Part shown: one piece after another, positions 46,817-55,381 of the stretch
Layout: each line of letters opens with the position of its first letter
Numbering within the stretch: the first letter of the stretch is position 1
From: Candidatus Nomurabacteria bacterium
Lineage (GTDB): Bacteria; Patescibacteriota; Minisyncoccia; Phycocordibacterales; UBA9973
Assembly (NCBI GenBank): GCA_026395955.1
Contig: JAPLXR010000004.1
Coordinates: 3,883-67,882, forward strand
Direction of reading: 5' to 3'
Length of the DNA stretch: 64,000 nt
Notes under the pieces: model-generated
What the model saw: the letters and a program-made list of their open reading frames with translations, nothing else
What the model was told of the DNA's origin: nothing
The model's database searches: none
Position numbers and translations under genes: made by a program

Positions 46817-49800
46817 TTACTTATATCTAGTGGCAAAATTCATTACATCGTCTTCGTTGAGTCCAACTTTAGACATTTTTTCTTTTACCACCTTTTTCAT
46901 ATATTCTTCGGCTGTATCATTATCCTTTATAGTTTCCTTGTCTTTTTTACTTGGAGTAATAAATTCAAAATGAGCTGTTGGATACTTTAATTTCAATTCT
47001 TCTATCTTCTTTTTCAAACCAGCTACTTTTGCAGGGTCTGATTCAAAAATCATAAAAGCTTGTTTATTACGTCTAGGTAAGTCTTTTGCTTGTTCTATTT
47101 TACTGTCTATTTCCCTCTCCAATGTCTTTGGAGTATCTGTCATAATAGAGAAAATATTATTGATATTTTTATCAAAAGGAACTTCTTTTATTTCTTCTTG
47201 TTTTTGATTTTTCTTTTTATTCTTTTTCTCGAAAACACTATTTATACTGTCTAGACCATTATCTAATGCATCTAATCCTTTACCCATAGTATTCTCAACT
47301 TTATCTAATGCTTCATTAATTTTTTTCTTTATAGATTTCTTTTCTTTTTCTTCTTTAGCTTTCTTTTCAGCCTTTTTATCTTCTTTCTTTATTTCTTGTT
47401 TTTTAACTTCTTTTTGAACTACCACTTTTTTAATTTCTTGTTTTGGATTTTCTATTTTTTCTTCATCTTCAATTTCTTTTTTTAACTCAAATATCTTTGA
47501 ATTAATAGCTGCTTGAACTTTAGTATTTGTTGCGTTAGGAAGATAATCTTCTAATGTTTTCAAAAATTGAGCCCTTTCTTCTTGCTTAGATAATTTTTTA
47601 TCTTCTTTTGTTTCCACTTTTTCACCTGAAGATATTTTTACACCACTCAAATATGTCTCCATTTCATTACCGATAATTTGTAGTTCTTCTTTGTTGAACC
47701 TTGTAGGTTTTTCATCTTTTATGAAAGCCAATTCATTATATCTTTTCTTTCCATATTCAGACTTGAAACTTGATTCTTCAAGCATGATAATACCATGATG
47801 TGATTGAATTTCTTTGTTCAACATTTTTAAATCATCTTTCAATCCTCCGTATTCAGCTTCGGTAACTTCTTTTGAAAATTCTTTATTTTCTTTTAATGTA
47901 TTCTTATCTTCTTCTCCATAAAAACCGTCTGTCAAAATAACCTGTCCATCTGGAGATTTTTTATCTTTAATTTGTTCTTTTTTATTTTTATCTTCTTTTG
48001 CTTTTTTCCTAGCTGGTTCTAACGGATCACCAGGAACTACTGGAATAAATGGAGGAACTCTATAATCATATTTACCAGGAATAATGAAATTAGTTTTATG
48101 AATTTCATCAACAGCTCCAGTATAAGTACTAATATCTGAAAGTCCCTTTCCTTCCATTGTTCCTAAAATTTTAAATTTACCATCACCCAAGTCTTCGGCA
48201 ACTTCACCAAATCTTCCGTTGAATTGAGCATGACCATTTACTTTTGAGAAGAATAATTTTCCAAGTTCACTATTATGTTCAACATTTATTTTTCCATTTG
48301 CATCAACATCAACCCACATAGCATGGTTCTGAGTTCCTTCAGACATAGTAAAAAGCATTTTCAATTTTCCAGCTGCTAATAATTCTCTTGCATTCGCAGA
48401 GAGGTCTCCATGAAAAGATCCATCTGGTGTCATATGACCAACGTCTAAAACATAATCTCCATTTCCGTTTATACCTGTACCATTTTCTCCACTCCAATAT
48501 GTACGCAACTCATTTTGATCAAATTCTTTTGTATCATTGTCATACCACATTTTTCTTTCAATATTATGAAAGCCCTTTGGATGATCTTTTATATAATCAG
48601 CCGGATCACTATAGGTATGTTTTTCTAAATGACTAGCATAGTTAGTATCTACTTTTATATCTATTCCGTTTTTATGCAAAACATCAATTGCTTCTTTACT
48701 AAATGTTCCATCTCCATTCATTGTTAAATGATTTCCTATGACGTCTTTTCCATTCAATAAATTAAATGAGCCATCAGGATTATGAACTAAATTCATACCT
48801 TCTGGTAATTTCATAGTATTTGAACCCATTACAAATTCATGAACATTATTGCCAGAAAAATGTGAAGACATATCACTAGAAACATAATGCTTCAAATATG
48901 CGAGTCCTGTCATTTTTTCTACTCCACCCAAAGCTCCAGTAACATGGTCACCTTTTATATCATGGTAAACATCTTCTATAATTCCTGTTCTGTGAGTGAA
49001 ATGCACTGCAGCTTCTTGGGCTAATGTGCCAATAGTAAGACCAGTTATAAATCCTGTTAATGCGGCTTTATTACCCTTACTTCTTTTCATTTTATTGAAA
49101 GCACGATCTTTGACATCTATACCATGTTCTTTATCAGTAACTAAAGCATTTACTTGTGTATCTGTCATAGCAGAAATATAAGTATCAAAATTATATCCTT
49201 CTGGAATTTCCAATTTACCAGACTTACTCATCTTAATAAGTTCTGCTTTTAATTTAGATCTTTCTATATCTACTTTCCATCTCTCTTCGACAACTTTTGA
49301 AGGGTCGGAATAATGAATCATATCTATATGTTCTTTATCAGACAAACGAACACGTGCTTCTATTTGTGAAAAGTTAACCAGAATACTTTGTAATATTTCT
49401 GGAGTTATAGATTTGTCACCACTAGCAATCATTTCTTGAACTCTTTGGAATTCTTCTATAACAGCTGTAGCACCGATAGTATCTACACGGAAATTTTCCA
49501 TTTCTTTTCTATTTAAATCTTTTTCACCATAATCTAAACCTTTTGCCATATCACGATTATGATGAGTACGATTTTGAATCATTTCTCTTTGCTTGCGACT
49601 TTTTGCAATTATCCCAGAAATCAAAGCACTACCACCGAAAGTCATAAATTGAGCAGCTTTATTACTAGCGAGTTTAGATGAAAGACTTCTAGACAAACTT
49701 GTAGCCAAAGCTATCGCAGTCGCCACTGTTGTTTCATTTACAAATTGACCGATTTTTGTCTCAGAGATCTTTTCTGCCCATTTTTCTGAATGAGTAAATT

Positions 49801-50551
49801 TTGATTCTGTACGAACATCACCTTTTGATTTTCCATATATCAAATCAATTTCAAAGTCTTCATCAGCTAAGATTTGACCATTTTCCATTGCTTTTTTAAC
49901 TTGTTTTGCAATTTCGAGCATATTAGAAGCATGCATAACATCGGTACGAACTTGTTTTCCTTCTATATCCCCTTTCAATTCACCAAATAAATGTTTTTCA
50001 AATTCTAAAAAACCCGCTTCAGAAATTTTTCCTGTAGCATATTCTTTTATTTTTTCTTTTACAAAATTTTTAACTGATTCTTCTTTTCTATTTACCTCTG
50101 AATCTTCTTTTTTACCATCATAAACTTTTTTCATTTCTCCCGCATCAGTGTGTATTGCTGTTTCGTATTCAGAAGAAAATTGATTTACGAGGTCATTAAC
50201 GAATTTATCATGATATGCTTGATCTTTATCTTCTCCTGCACCAATATTTCCACTATTTAAAATCTTTTCACGAGCCTTGTATATCTCTTTGTTACGAGTA
50301 TATTCACGTAAAATACCGTGTTTCCATATTCTAGTACCAGTACGTTTCCAAAATTCACTTTTAAAGAATTTTTTCATTCCTTTTAAATCTTCTGGGTTTT
50401 CTGGTGGTTCGAGTGTCATCTTTTCATCAGCAGCATCACGTGCAGCTGATTTCATAACGTCAGTAGTATCAACGAGAACAGCCTTAAAAACTTTTTTCTC
50501 AATATTTTGTTTTACTTCTTCATTAATGTTGTTAGGGTTAAAATTTTCCAT
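46817..50551 (-). CDS. giant hypothetical protein (1244 aa), two internal hydrophobic segments, Gly/His/Asp-rich central region, Lys/Glu-rich low-complexity C-terminal third
   Basis: Uninterrupted ORF with no motif I can assign. Hydrophobic stretches at ~aa 265-315 (TTVATAIALATSLS...FGGSALISGIIAKS) and ~aa 515-535 (ALTGFITGLTIGTLAQEAAV). Central region rich in NG/DG/HG dipeptides. C-terminus has KKVVVQKEVKKQEIKKEDKKAEKKAKEEKEKK. Confidence 0.5.
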   Translation of the reverse strand: MENFNPNNINEEVKQNIEKKVFKAVLVDTTDVMKSAARDAADEKMTLEPPENPEDLKGMKKFFKSEFWKRTGTRIWKHGILREYTRNKEIYKAREKILNSGNIGAGEDKDQAYHDKFVNDLVNQFSSEYETAIHTDAGEMKKVYDGKKEDSEVNRKEESVKNFVKEKIKEYATGKISEAGFLEFEKHLFGELKGDIEGKQVRTDVMHASNMLEIAKQVKKAMENGQILADEDFEIDLIYGKSKGDVRTESKFTHSEKWAEKISETKIGQFVNETTVATAIALATSLSRSLSSKLASNKAAQFMTFGGSALISGIIAKSRKQREMIQNRTHHNRDMAKGLDYGEKDLNRKEMENFRVDTIGATAVIEEFQRVQEMIASGDKSITPEILQSILVNFSQIEARVRLSDKEHIDMIHYSDPSKVVEERWKVDIERSKLKAELIKMSKSGKLEIPEGYNFDTYISAMTDTQVNALVTDKEHGIDVKDRAFNKMKRSKGNKAALTGFITGLTIGTLAQEAAVHFTHRTGIIEDVYHDIKGDHVTGALGGVEKMTGLAYLKHYVSSDMSSHFSGNNVHEFVMGSNTMKLPEGMNLVHNPDGSFNLLNGKDVIGNHLTMNGDGTFSKEAIDVLHKNGIDIKVDTNYASHLEKHTYSDPADYIKDHPKGFHNIERKMWYDNDTKEFDQNELRTYWSGENGTGINGNGDYVLDVGHMTPDGSFHGDLSANARELLAAGKLKMLFTMSEGTQNHAMWVDVDANGKINVEHNSELGKLFFSKVNGHAQFNGRFGEVAEDLGDGKFKILGTMEGKGLSDISTYTGAVDEIHKTNFIIPGKYDYRVPPFIPVVPGDPLEPARKKAKEDKNKKEQIKDKKSPDGQVILTDGFYGEEDKNTLKENKEFSKEVTEAEYGGLKDDLKMLNKEIQSHHGIIMLEESSFKSEYGKKRYNELAFIKDEKPTRFNKEELQIIGNEMETYLSGVKISSGEKVETKEDKKLSKQEERAQFLKTLEDYLPNATNTKVQAAINSKIFELKKEIEDEEKIENPKQEIKKVVVQKEVKKQEIKKEDKKAEKKAKEEKEKKSIKKKINEALDKVENTMGKGLDALDNGLDSINSVFEKKNKKKNQKQEEIKEVPFDKNINNIFSIMTDTPKTLEREIDSKIEQAKDLPRRNKQAFMIFESDPAKVAGLKKKIEELKLKYPTAHFEFITPSKKDKETIKDNDTAEEYMKKVVKEKMSKVGLNEDDVMNFATRYK

Positions 50552-50571
50552 TGTATTAATTAATTAAAATA

Positions 50572-50895
50572 TTAAGCAATATATCTAGTTCTAAAGTCTA
50601 AATATTCTCCAGCTAAAACTTCTGCCATATTTGGAATAGTTGCAGTGTAAAAATCACTGATAGCTTTTTCATCATCACTATCTAATACTTTTTCAAATTC
50701 ACCAAGTTTATATTCAGGAATATTTGATAAAATTACAGCATTTATTCTATCTTCTAAACGATCTAGCATGTCTTTTTTTAATTGAGTTAAAACTTCAGCG
50801 TCTAAGTCGATAGCCATACCAGCTTCGACAATAAGCTTTTCAATAAACTCTTCATTCATATTTTTAACACTTGCGACGTTTGTATTTTGTGACAT
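50572..50895 (-). CDS. small acidic helical hypothetical protein, co-oriented 20 nt upstream of the giant ORF
   Basis: 107 aa, net acidic (many D/E), no TM. Probably co-transcribed with 46817-50551. Confidence 0.4.
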   Translation of the reverse strand: MSQNTNVASVKNMNEEFIEKLIVEAGMAIDLDAEVLTQLKKDMLDRLEDRINAVILSNIPEYKLGEFEKVLDSDDEKAISDFYTATIPNMAEVLAGEYLDFRTRYIA

Positions 50896-51003
50896 AATTT
50901 TTAAAAATTAAGATTAGTAAATATAAAACTCTTTAATTATACACCCATTTGCAAAAAATCAATACTTCTGCTAGAATACTAAGAGTTTTTTAAATATATA
51001 AAA

Positions 51004-51510
51004 TTGCGAGAAAGAATAAACAATCAAATAAGAGCAAAGGAATTACGTGTTTTAGACAGTGAAAACAAGAACCTCGGCCTTTTAAGCTTCAAAGAAGCCT
51101 TAGAGTTGGCAACAAAACAAGGCCTTGATCTCATTGAAATATCACCAAATGGTAATCCCCCAATTGCAAAGATAGCTGATTTTGGTAAATACCAATACGA
51201 ACAAAGTAAAAAACAAAAGAAAGCTAAAGCTAATGCAAAACCGACTGAAACTAAATCAATTCAAGTTAAAATCGGTACTGGAGATCACGATTTGGAGTTA
51301 AAAGCTAAAACAGCTTCCAAATGGCTCAAAGAAGGACATCGTATAAAAGTAGAGCTTTTCCTCGCTGGTAGAGCTAAATATATGGATGAGAAATTCTTGA
51401 AAGAACGTTTAGATCGAGTTTTACATTTTATAACAGAAAACTATAAAATCTCAGATCCTTATAAAAAAGGACCAAAAGGTATAATAATTACAATAGAGAA
51501 AGACAAATAA
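51004..51510 (+). CDS. infC: translation initiation factor IF-3 with non-AUG start codon
   Basis: 168 aa matches the IF-3 N- and C-domains (IRAKELRVLDSENKNLGLLSFKEALELA...DLIEISPNGNPPIAKIADFGKYQYE...). The reading frame begins at TTG 51004 (an in-frame ATA at 50998 is also possible) and has no in-frame ATG before residue ~125. Confidence 0.88.
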   Translation: MRERINNQIRAKELRVLDSENKNLGLLSFKEALELATKQGLDLIEISPNGNPPIAKIADFGKYQYEQSKKQKKAKANAKPTETKSIQVKIGTGDHDLELKAKTASKWLKEGHRIKVELFLAGRAKYMDEKFLKERLDRVLHFITENYKISDPYKKGPKGIIITIEKDK

Positions 51511-51514
51511 TTTT

Positions 51515-51700
51515 ATGAAAACAAACAAATCATACTCAAAAAGATTAAAAGTAACAAAAACAGGCAAACTCATAACACGTTCACCTGGTTTTAATCATTT
51601 TAATGCAAAACAATCTCGTACTACACAGCTCGCTGGTAGAAAAGGCCGAGAATTTATTATCAAGGCAAAGGCAAAGAGCCATTTGTTACCAAACAAATAA
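51515..51700 (+). CDS. rpmI: 50S ribosomal protein L35
   Basis: 61 aa, MKTNKSYSKRLKVTKTGKL..., basic. Confidence 0.9.
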   Translation: MKTNKSYSKRLKVTKTGKLITRSPGFNHFNAKQSRTTQLAGRKGREFIIKAKAKSHLLPNK

Positions 51701-51721
51701 TTAAAAGTTAACTAAAATATT

Positions 51722-52045
51722 ATGACAAGAGTTAAAAAAGGAGTACATGCGTTAAAGAGAAGAAGAAGTGTCTTGAAGCAAACAAAAGGAATGCGTCAAG
51801 AACGTTCTAGTAAGGAGCGATCTGCAAAAGATGCTCTCCTTCATGCTGGAGCTTACTCTTTCGCTCACAGAAAGGACAAGAAATCACACAACAGAAAGCT
51901 TTGGAATATAAAAATCAATGCTGGATACAGTAAAATGATCGGCGCATTATCTAAAAAGAAAATAATGCTTGATCGTAAAATCCTAGCAGACCTAGCAGAA
52001 AACAACCCTGAAGTCTTCGCAAAGATAATCGCACAAGTTAAATAA
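51722..52045 (+). CDS. rplT: 50S ribosomal protein L20
   Basis: 107 aa, MTRVKKGVHALKRRRSVLKQTKG... Confidence 0.93.
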   Translation: MTRVKKGVHALKRRRSVLKQTKGMRQERSSKERSAKDALLHAGAYSFAHRKDKKSHNRKLWNIKINAGYSKMIGALSKKKIMLDRKILADLAENNPEVFAKIIAQVK

Positions 52046-52050
52046 TAAAT

Positions 52051-52076
52051 AAAAAATCCCCTTTCGGGGATTTTTT
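52051..52076. terminator. bidirectional terminator AAAAATCCCC-TTTC-GGGGATTTTTT (copy 2 of 5)
   Basis: Lies between convergent rplT (+) and the LOG-like gene (-). Confidence 0.7.
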
Positions 52077-52078
52077 AT

Positions 52079-52696
52079 TTATATTACTTTATTTTCTTCA
52101 GCGGCGTCTTTGTCTTTGTAGATAAGTGCGACTACTTTTTCGACGAGTTTCTTTGGGTCAGAATCGAAAACTATTTTTGCATTTGGACGATGACCTTTTT
52201 CTATAATTGTTTTAATCTCATCCCCCATCTCCCATCCAGCGTCTTCTAAGATTCCGATAGGTTTGTCATCTTCGAAAGCAACAGTGAATTCATGAATAGT
52301 ACCTATACGTCCACAGCCGAGTATTACAGCGTCAGAAGAACGAGTAAGTAGAATATCTCTCATTTGATAACCGAAACCAGTGTAAATAATCAAATCCATA
52401 TAATCCACTGGAAGCTTATAAACTTGAATATGTTCCTTTTCTGTAGCTGCAGGAGAAAGACCGACTGATATACCTCCGACTTCTTTTGCGCCCATAGCTG
52501 CCCATAATGGAAAGCCTGTAGTTGCTCCTGTTACTAACACTCCACCTTGGCGCACTATTTCAGCTCCGAGGTCTTTTGATTTTTGTAATGCATTTGGTCC
52601 ACAATGACCAGTTTCAGCTGCACCAGACACACAGATTTTTAATTGTCTGTGTCCGTGTTTTGTATAAGGGTTACTGTTTAATATTGATAAGTCCAT
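52079..52696 (-). CDS. LOG/SLOG-superfamily Rossmann-fold protein (TIGR00725/LOG-like)
   Basis: 205 aa. ICVSGAA...GGVLVTGATTG...AAMGAKEVGG.SVGLSP...SDAVILGCGRIGTIHEF follows the LOG-family GG..G...A....GG / PGG.GT.EE layout, but without the exact PGGxGTxxE motif. Confidence 0.45.
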   Translation of the reverse strand: MDLSILNSNPYTKHGHRQLKICVSGAAETGHCGPNALQKSKDLGAEIVRQGGVLVTGATTGFPLWAAMGAKEVGGISVGLSPAATEKEHIQVYKLPVDYMDLIIYTGFGYQMRDILLTRSSDAVILGCGRIGTIHEFTVAFEDDKPIGILEDAGWEMGDEIKTIIEKGHRPNAKIVFDSDPKKLVEKVVALIYKDKDAAEENKVI

Positions 52697-52716
52697 AGGT
52701 GTATATTATAGCACAA

Positions 52717-54099
52717 TTAAAATTCTAGAAAAACACTCTCTCCTTTTATAGGTTGACGAGCATTGAGACCTAGGTTGTCTCTAATTTTTTGTATTAAAAA
52801 CATTGATGAACTTGGTTCTCCCATAACAGTGAAAATTTGTTTTACTGTTTCGGCAGTACCAGCAACGAAATCTAAAAGTGCATCAGAATCTTTGTGACCA
52901 GAATAACCAGAAATCATTTCTACTTTTGCACGAATTAGAACTTGTTCACCGTTTATATAAACACTATTTTCTTTATCTTGAATATGTCTACCGAGAGTTC
53001 CAGCGGACTGATAACCAGTCAAAAGTATCGTATTATTCGGATCAGGTAAATAATTATGTTCATGGTGCACTATACGTCCACCAGAAGACATACCAGAACC
53101 AGCAATAACAATCTTTGGATTTGGTGTACGCAAGATCATTTTTGAATCTTCGGCTTCAGGTGTTTGTTTTAACCCAGGAAAAACGAAAATATTTTTTCCA
53201 GATTTAGCCATTTCTCTAGCCTCATCATTCATTTCATTCTCATATTTTTTATAAACATCAGTGAGCTTGATAGCGAGCGGTGAATCTAAAAAGAAAGGAA
53301 CCAAAGGTATACGCCCCTTAATTATAAGGTCATCTATTTCAAAAAGTAATTCTTGGGTTCTTTCTAGAGAAAAAGTAGGCATAACTAAAACACCTCTCCT
53401 TTTCACATTATCTTGAATAATATGTTCGAGTAAAAGCTTTCTATTATCTCTATCTTCATGGTTACGGTCTCCATAAACAGATTCCATTACTAGATAATCA
53501 GCATCTGTTAATTTTTCACAATCTTTTAAGATTGGTGATGGTGAATTTCCCAAGTCTCCAGTGAAAACTATTTTTTTACCATTACAAATCATTTCTATAA
53601 AAGCAGAGCCGAGAATGTGGCCAGAATTTCTGAAATTAATTTGTAAACCTTTTATATCAAATGGCTTGTGGTATTCTATCCCCTCCCATAAACGCATCAT
53701 TGTATTTATATTTTCTTCACTATAAATCTCTAAGATTTCTTTTGTAATTGTAGGATTGTTATGTCTGTTATGTGAAAGTATATGAGCTTCATCTTCTACC
53801 ATGTATCGAGCGAGATCTTTTGTAGCAGGAGTTGAAATAATTCGTCCTTTAAATCCTGCATTTATCAAACGTGGAATACGTCCGACATGGTCTAGATGAG
53901 CATGAGTTACAAAAAGTACATCTATAGTTTTAGGGTCATAAGAAAAAGCAGCATTATTGTCTTCTTCTGCTGTTTTTTCACCTTGCACTAAACCACAATC
54001 AACAAGTATCTTTAAACCCTGTTCTTCATCTTCGAGTAAATAATTCGCACCTGTAACTGTATCGACACCTGTACAAAAAGTAAGTTTTAATTTTTTCAT
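52717..54099 (-). CDS. MBL-fold beta-CASP family metallo-hydrolase (RNA-metabolising nuclease type)
   Basis: 460 aa. HAHLDH motif 2, downstream Asp/His motifs, beta-CASP insertion and a C-terminal RMMBL-like segment. Confidence 0.75.
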   Translation of the reverse strand: MKKLKLTFCTGVDTVTGANYLLEDEEQGLKILVDCGLVQGEKTAEEDNNAAFSYDPKTIDVLFVTHAHLDHVGRIPRLINAGFKGRIISTPATKDLARYMVEDEAHILSHNRHNNPTITKEILEIYSEENINTMMRLWEGIEYHKPFDIKGLQINFRNSGHILGSAFIEMICNGKKIVFTGDLGNSPSPILKDCEKLTDADYLVMESVYGDRNHEDRDNRKLLLEHIIQDNVKRRGVLVMPTFSLERTQELLFEIDDLIIKGRIPLVPFFLDSPLAIKLTDVYKKYENEMNDEAREMAKSGKNIFVFPGLKQTPEAEDSKMILRTPNPKIVIAGSGMSSGGRIVHHEHNYLPDPNNTILLTGYQSAGTLGRHIQDKENSVYINGEQVLIRAKVEMISGYSGHKDSDALLDFVAGTAETVKQIFTVMGEPSSSMFLIQKIRDNLGLNARQPIKGESVFLEF

Positions 54100-54109
54100 G
54101 ATAAATATA

Positions 54110-54511
54110 TTATACTACTTTCATATTTTTATTCATAATCACAAAATATGATGCTAAACCACCAGACAAATCAAAACAAATGTCAGATATAGTATCAAGT
54201 GTATTAAAAAACTGACCACCTAAAATATTATTAAAAATAATTTCAAAAAATTCCCAACCAATACCGACAATTAAAGTGAATAAAAATACATATAGAATTT
54301 GTTCTTTAAAATTTAACTCTAACAAGTTTATTTTTACAAACTTAGAACAATAAACAGCTAGTAAACCGACAAATACTCCCCCCAGGAAGTGCATTGGCAT
54401 ATCGAAATACCAAATAGAAATATACCAATACAGCTTTCCTGCTATAAAATTTAAAATAAAAATAAAAAAAACGAGTTGTGCCATTCGTTTTAAAATTTTT
54501 TTTCTATCCAT
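54110..54511 (-). CDS. VanZ-like small membrane protein
   Basis: 133 aa, 4 TM. YFDMPMHFLGGVFVGL and EFFEIIFNNILGGQFFNTLDTISDICFDLSGGLASY fit the VanZ-family D..H..Y and E..Q...D..N..G...G patterns. Confidence 0.45.
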   Translation of the reverse strand: MDRKKILKRMAQLVFFIFILNFIAGKLYWYISIWYFDMPMHFLGGVFVGLLAVYCSKFVKINLLELNFKEQILYVFLFTLIVGIGWEFFEIIFNNILGGQFFNTLDTISDICFDLSGGLASYFVIMNKNMKVV

Positions 54512-54798
54512 ATGAATATTGTAACAAAATAAGTCTTAAAAAGAAAAAATCCGCCTAACGCGGAGTGCTTCTTAGGACTATTTCCAATATATTACCATAG
54601 CGTTTTAAGCTAAGTGGGTGACAGACGCTATAGGCCAAAGCCAGTAACGATCGAGCCTCCCATAAAAAATTGTTCTAGGTAATAATTGGAAATAACCCTA
54701 TCTAAAGTATACTAATTCCATAAATCAACGCAACTTTTTTATCAAAAAACCACATAAAAAAACAAAAAACAAATTGACAAAAATAATTTTACAAATCT

Positions 54799-54822
54799 AA
54801 AAATCCCCTTTCGGGGATTTTT
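54799..54822. terminator. terminator ATCCCC-TTTC-GGGGAT with T-run (copy 3 of 5), after ndk
   Basis: Same hairpin as at 46784, 52051, 58732 and 61549. Confidence 0.7.
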
Positions 54823-54828
54823 AAGAAA

Positions 54829-55305
54829 TTATTCTTTATGTTCTGCGTAAACAAAATCTGAATCAATTTTTTGATAAGAAAATATTTCATCTTTTTCAAA
54901 AAAACGAGCCACTTCTATTTCACCAGCTTCTACAGAATCAGAAGCATGTACGATATTTGATTGTGTTGAAAGAGAAAAATCTCCACGTATTGTTCCTGCT
55001 GTAGCTTCCCAAGCCTTTGTAGGACCTACAAGTAAACGAATAGATGAAACTGCATTAATACCTTCTATTGCCAAAACGACAACAGGACAAGCTTTCATAA
55101 AATCACGAATACCTGGGAAAAATGGTTTATCTTTTATATGAGCATAATGTTCTTCTAATGTTGCATCTTCTAAATTCATCATTTTCATACCAGTTATTTT
55201 TAAACCTTTCTTTTCTAAGCGAGAGATTATATCCCCTACTAGATTTCTTTGAACTGCATCTGGTTTTATAATGATTAATGATTTTTCATCGTTTGGTCTT
55301 GCCAT
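54829..55305 (-). CDS. ndk: nucleoside diphosphate kinase
   Basis: 158 aa, IIKPDAVQRNLVGDIISRLEKKGLKI...NIVHASDS (active-site His). Confidence 0.95.
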   Translation of the reverse strand: MARPNDEKSLIIIKPDAVQRNLVGDIISRLEKKGLKITGMKMMNLEDATLEEHYAHIKDKPFFPGIRDFMKACPVVVLAIEGINAVSSIRLLVGPTKAWEATAGTIRGDFSLSTQSNIVHASDSVEAGEIEVARFFEKDEIFSYQKIDSDFVYAEHKE

Positions 55306-55381
55306 AATTTTTTTTAAATTAAAATACTAATAAGCCTATACTAGCAGAAAAATACTAAAGAGGCAAAAAATAAATTACTAC

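Noticed and set aside
48388-49181. Short plus-strand ORFs (48388-48636, 48996-49181) inside the giant minus-strand ORF
   Set aside because: Antisense to an uninterrupted 3.7-kb ORF. No motifs.
52079-54511. LOG-like protein + beta-CASP nuclease + VanZ-like protein as a defence or signalling island
   Set aside because: All three belong to families that commonly occur as stand-alone housekeeping genes. No effector, sensor or HEPN/TIR-type partner is present, and the gene order is not a recognised conflict-system architecture.
54512-54600. Riboswitch controlling the VanZ-like membrane protein
   Set aside because: The hairpin+T-run sits only ~30 nt before the ATG with a promoter-like TTAAGA-N17-TACAAT after it. 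No aptamer-like conserved core was recognisable, and the order of elements fits terminator-then-promoter better than an expression platform.
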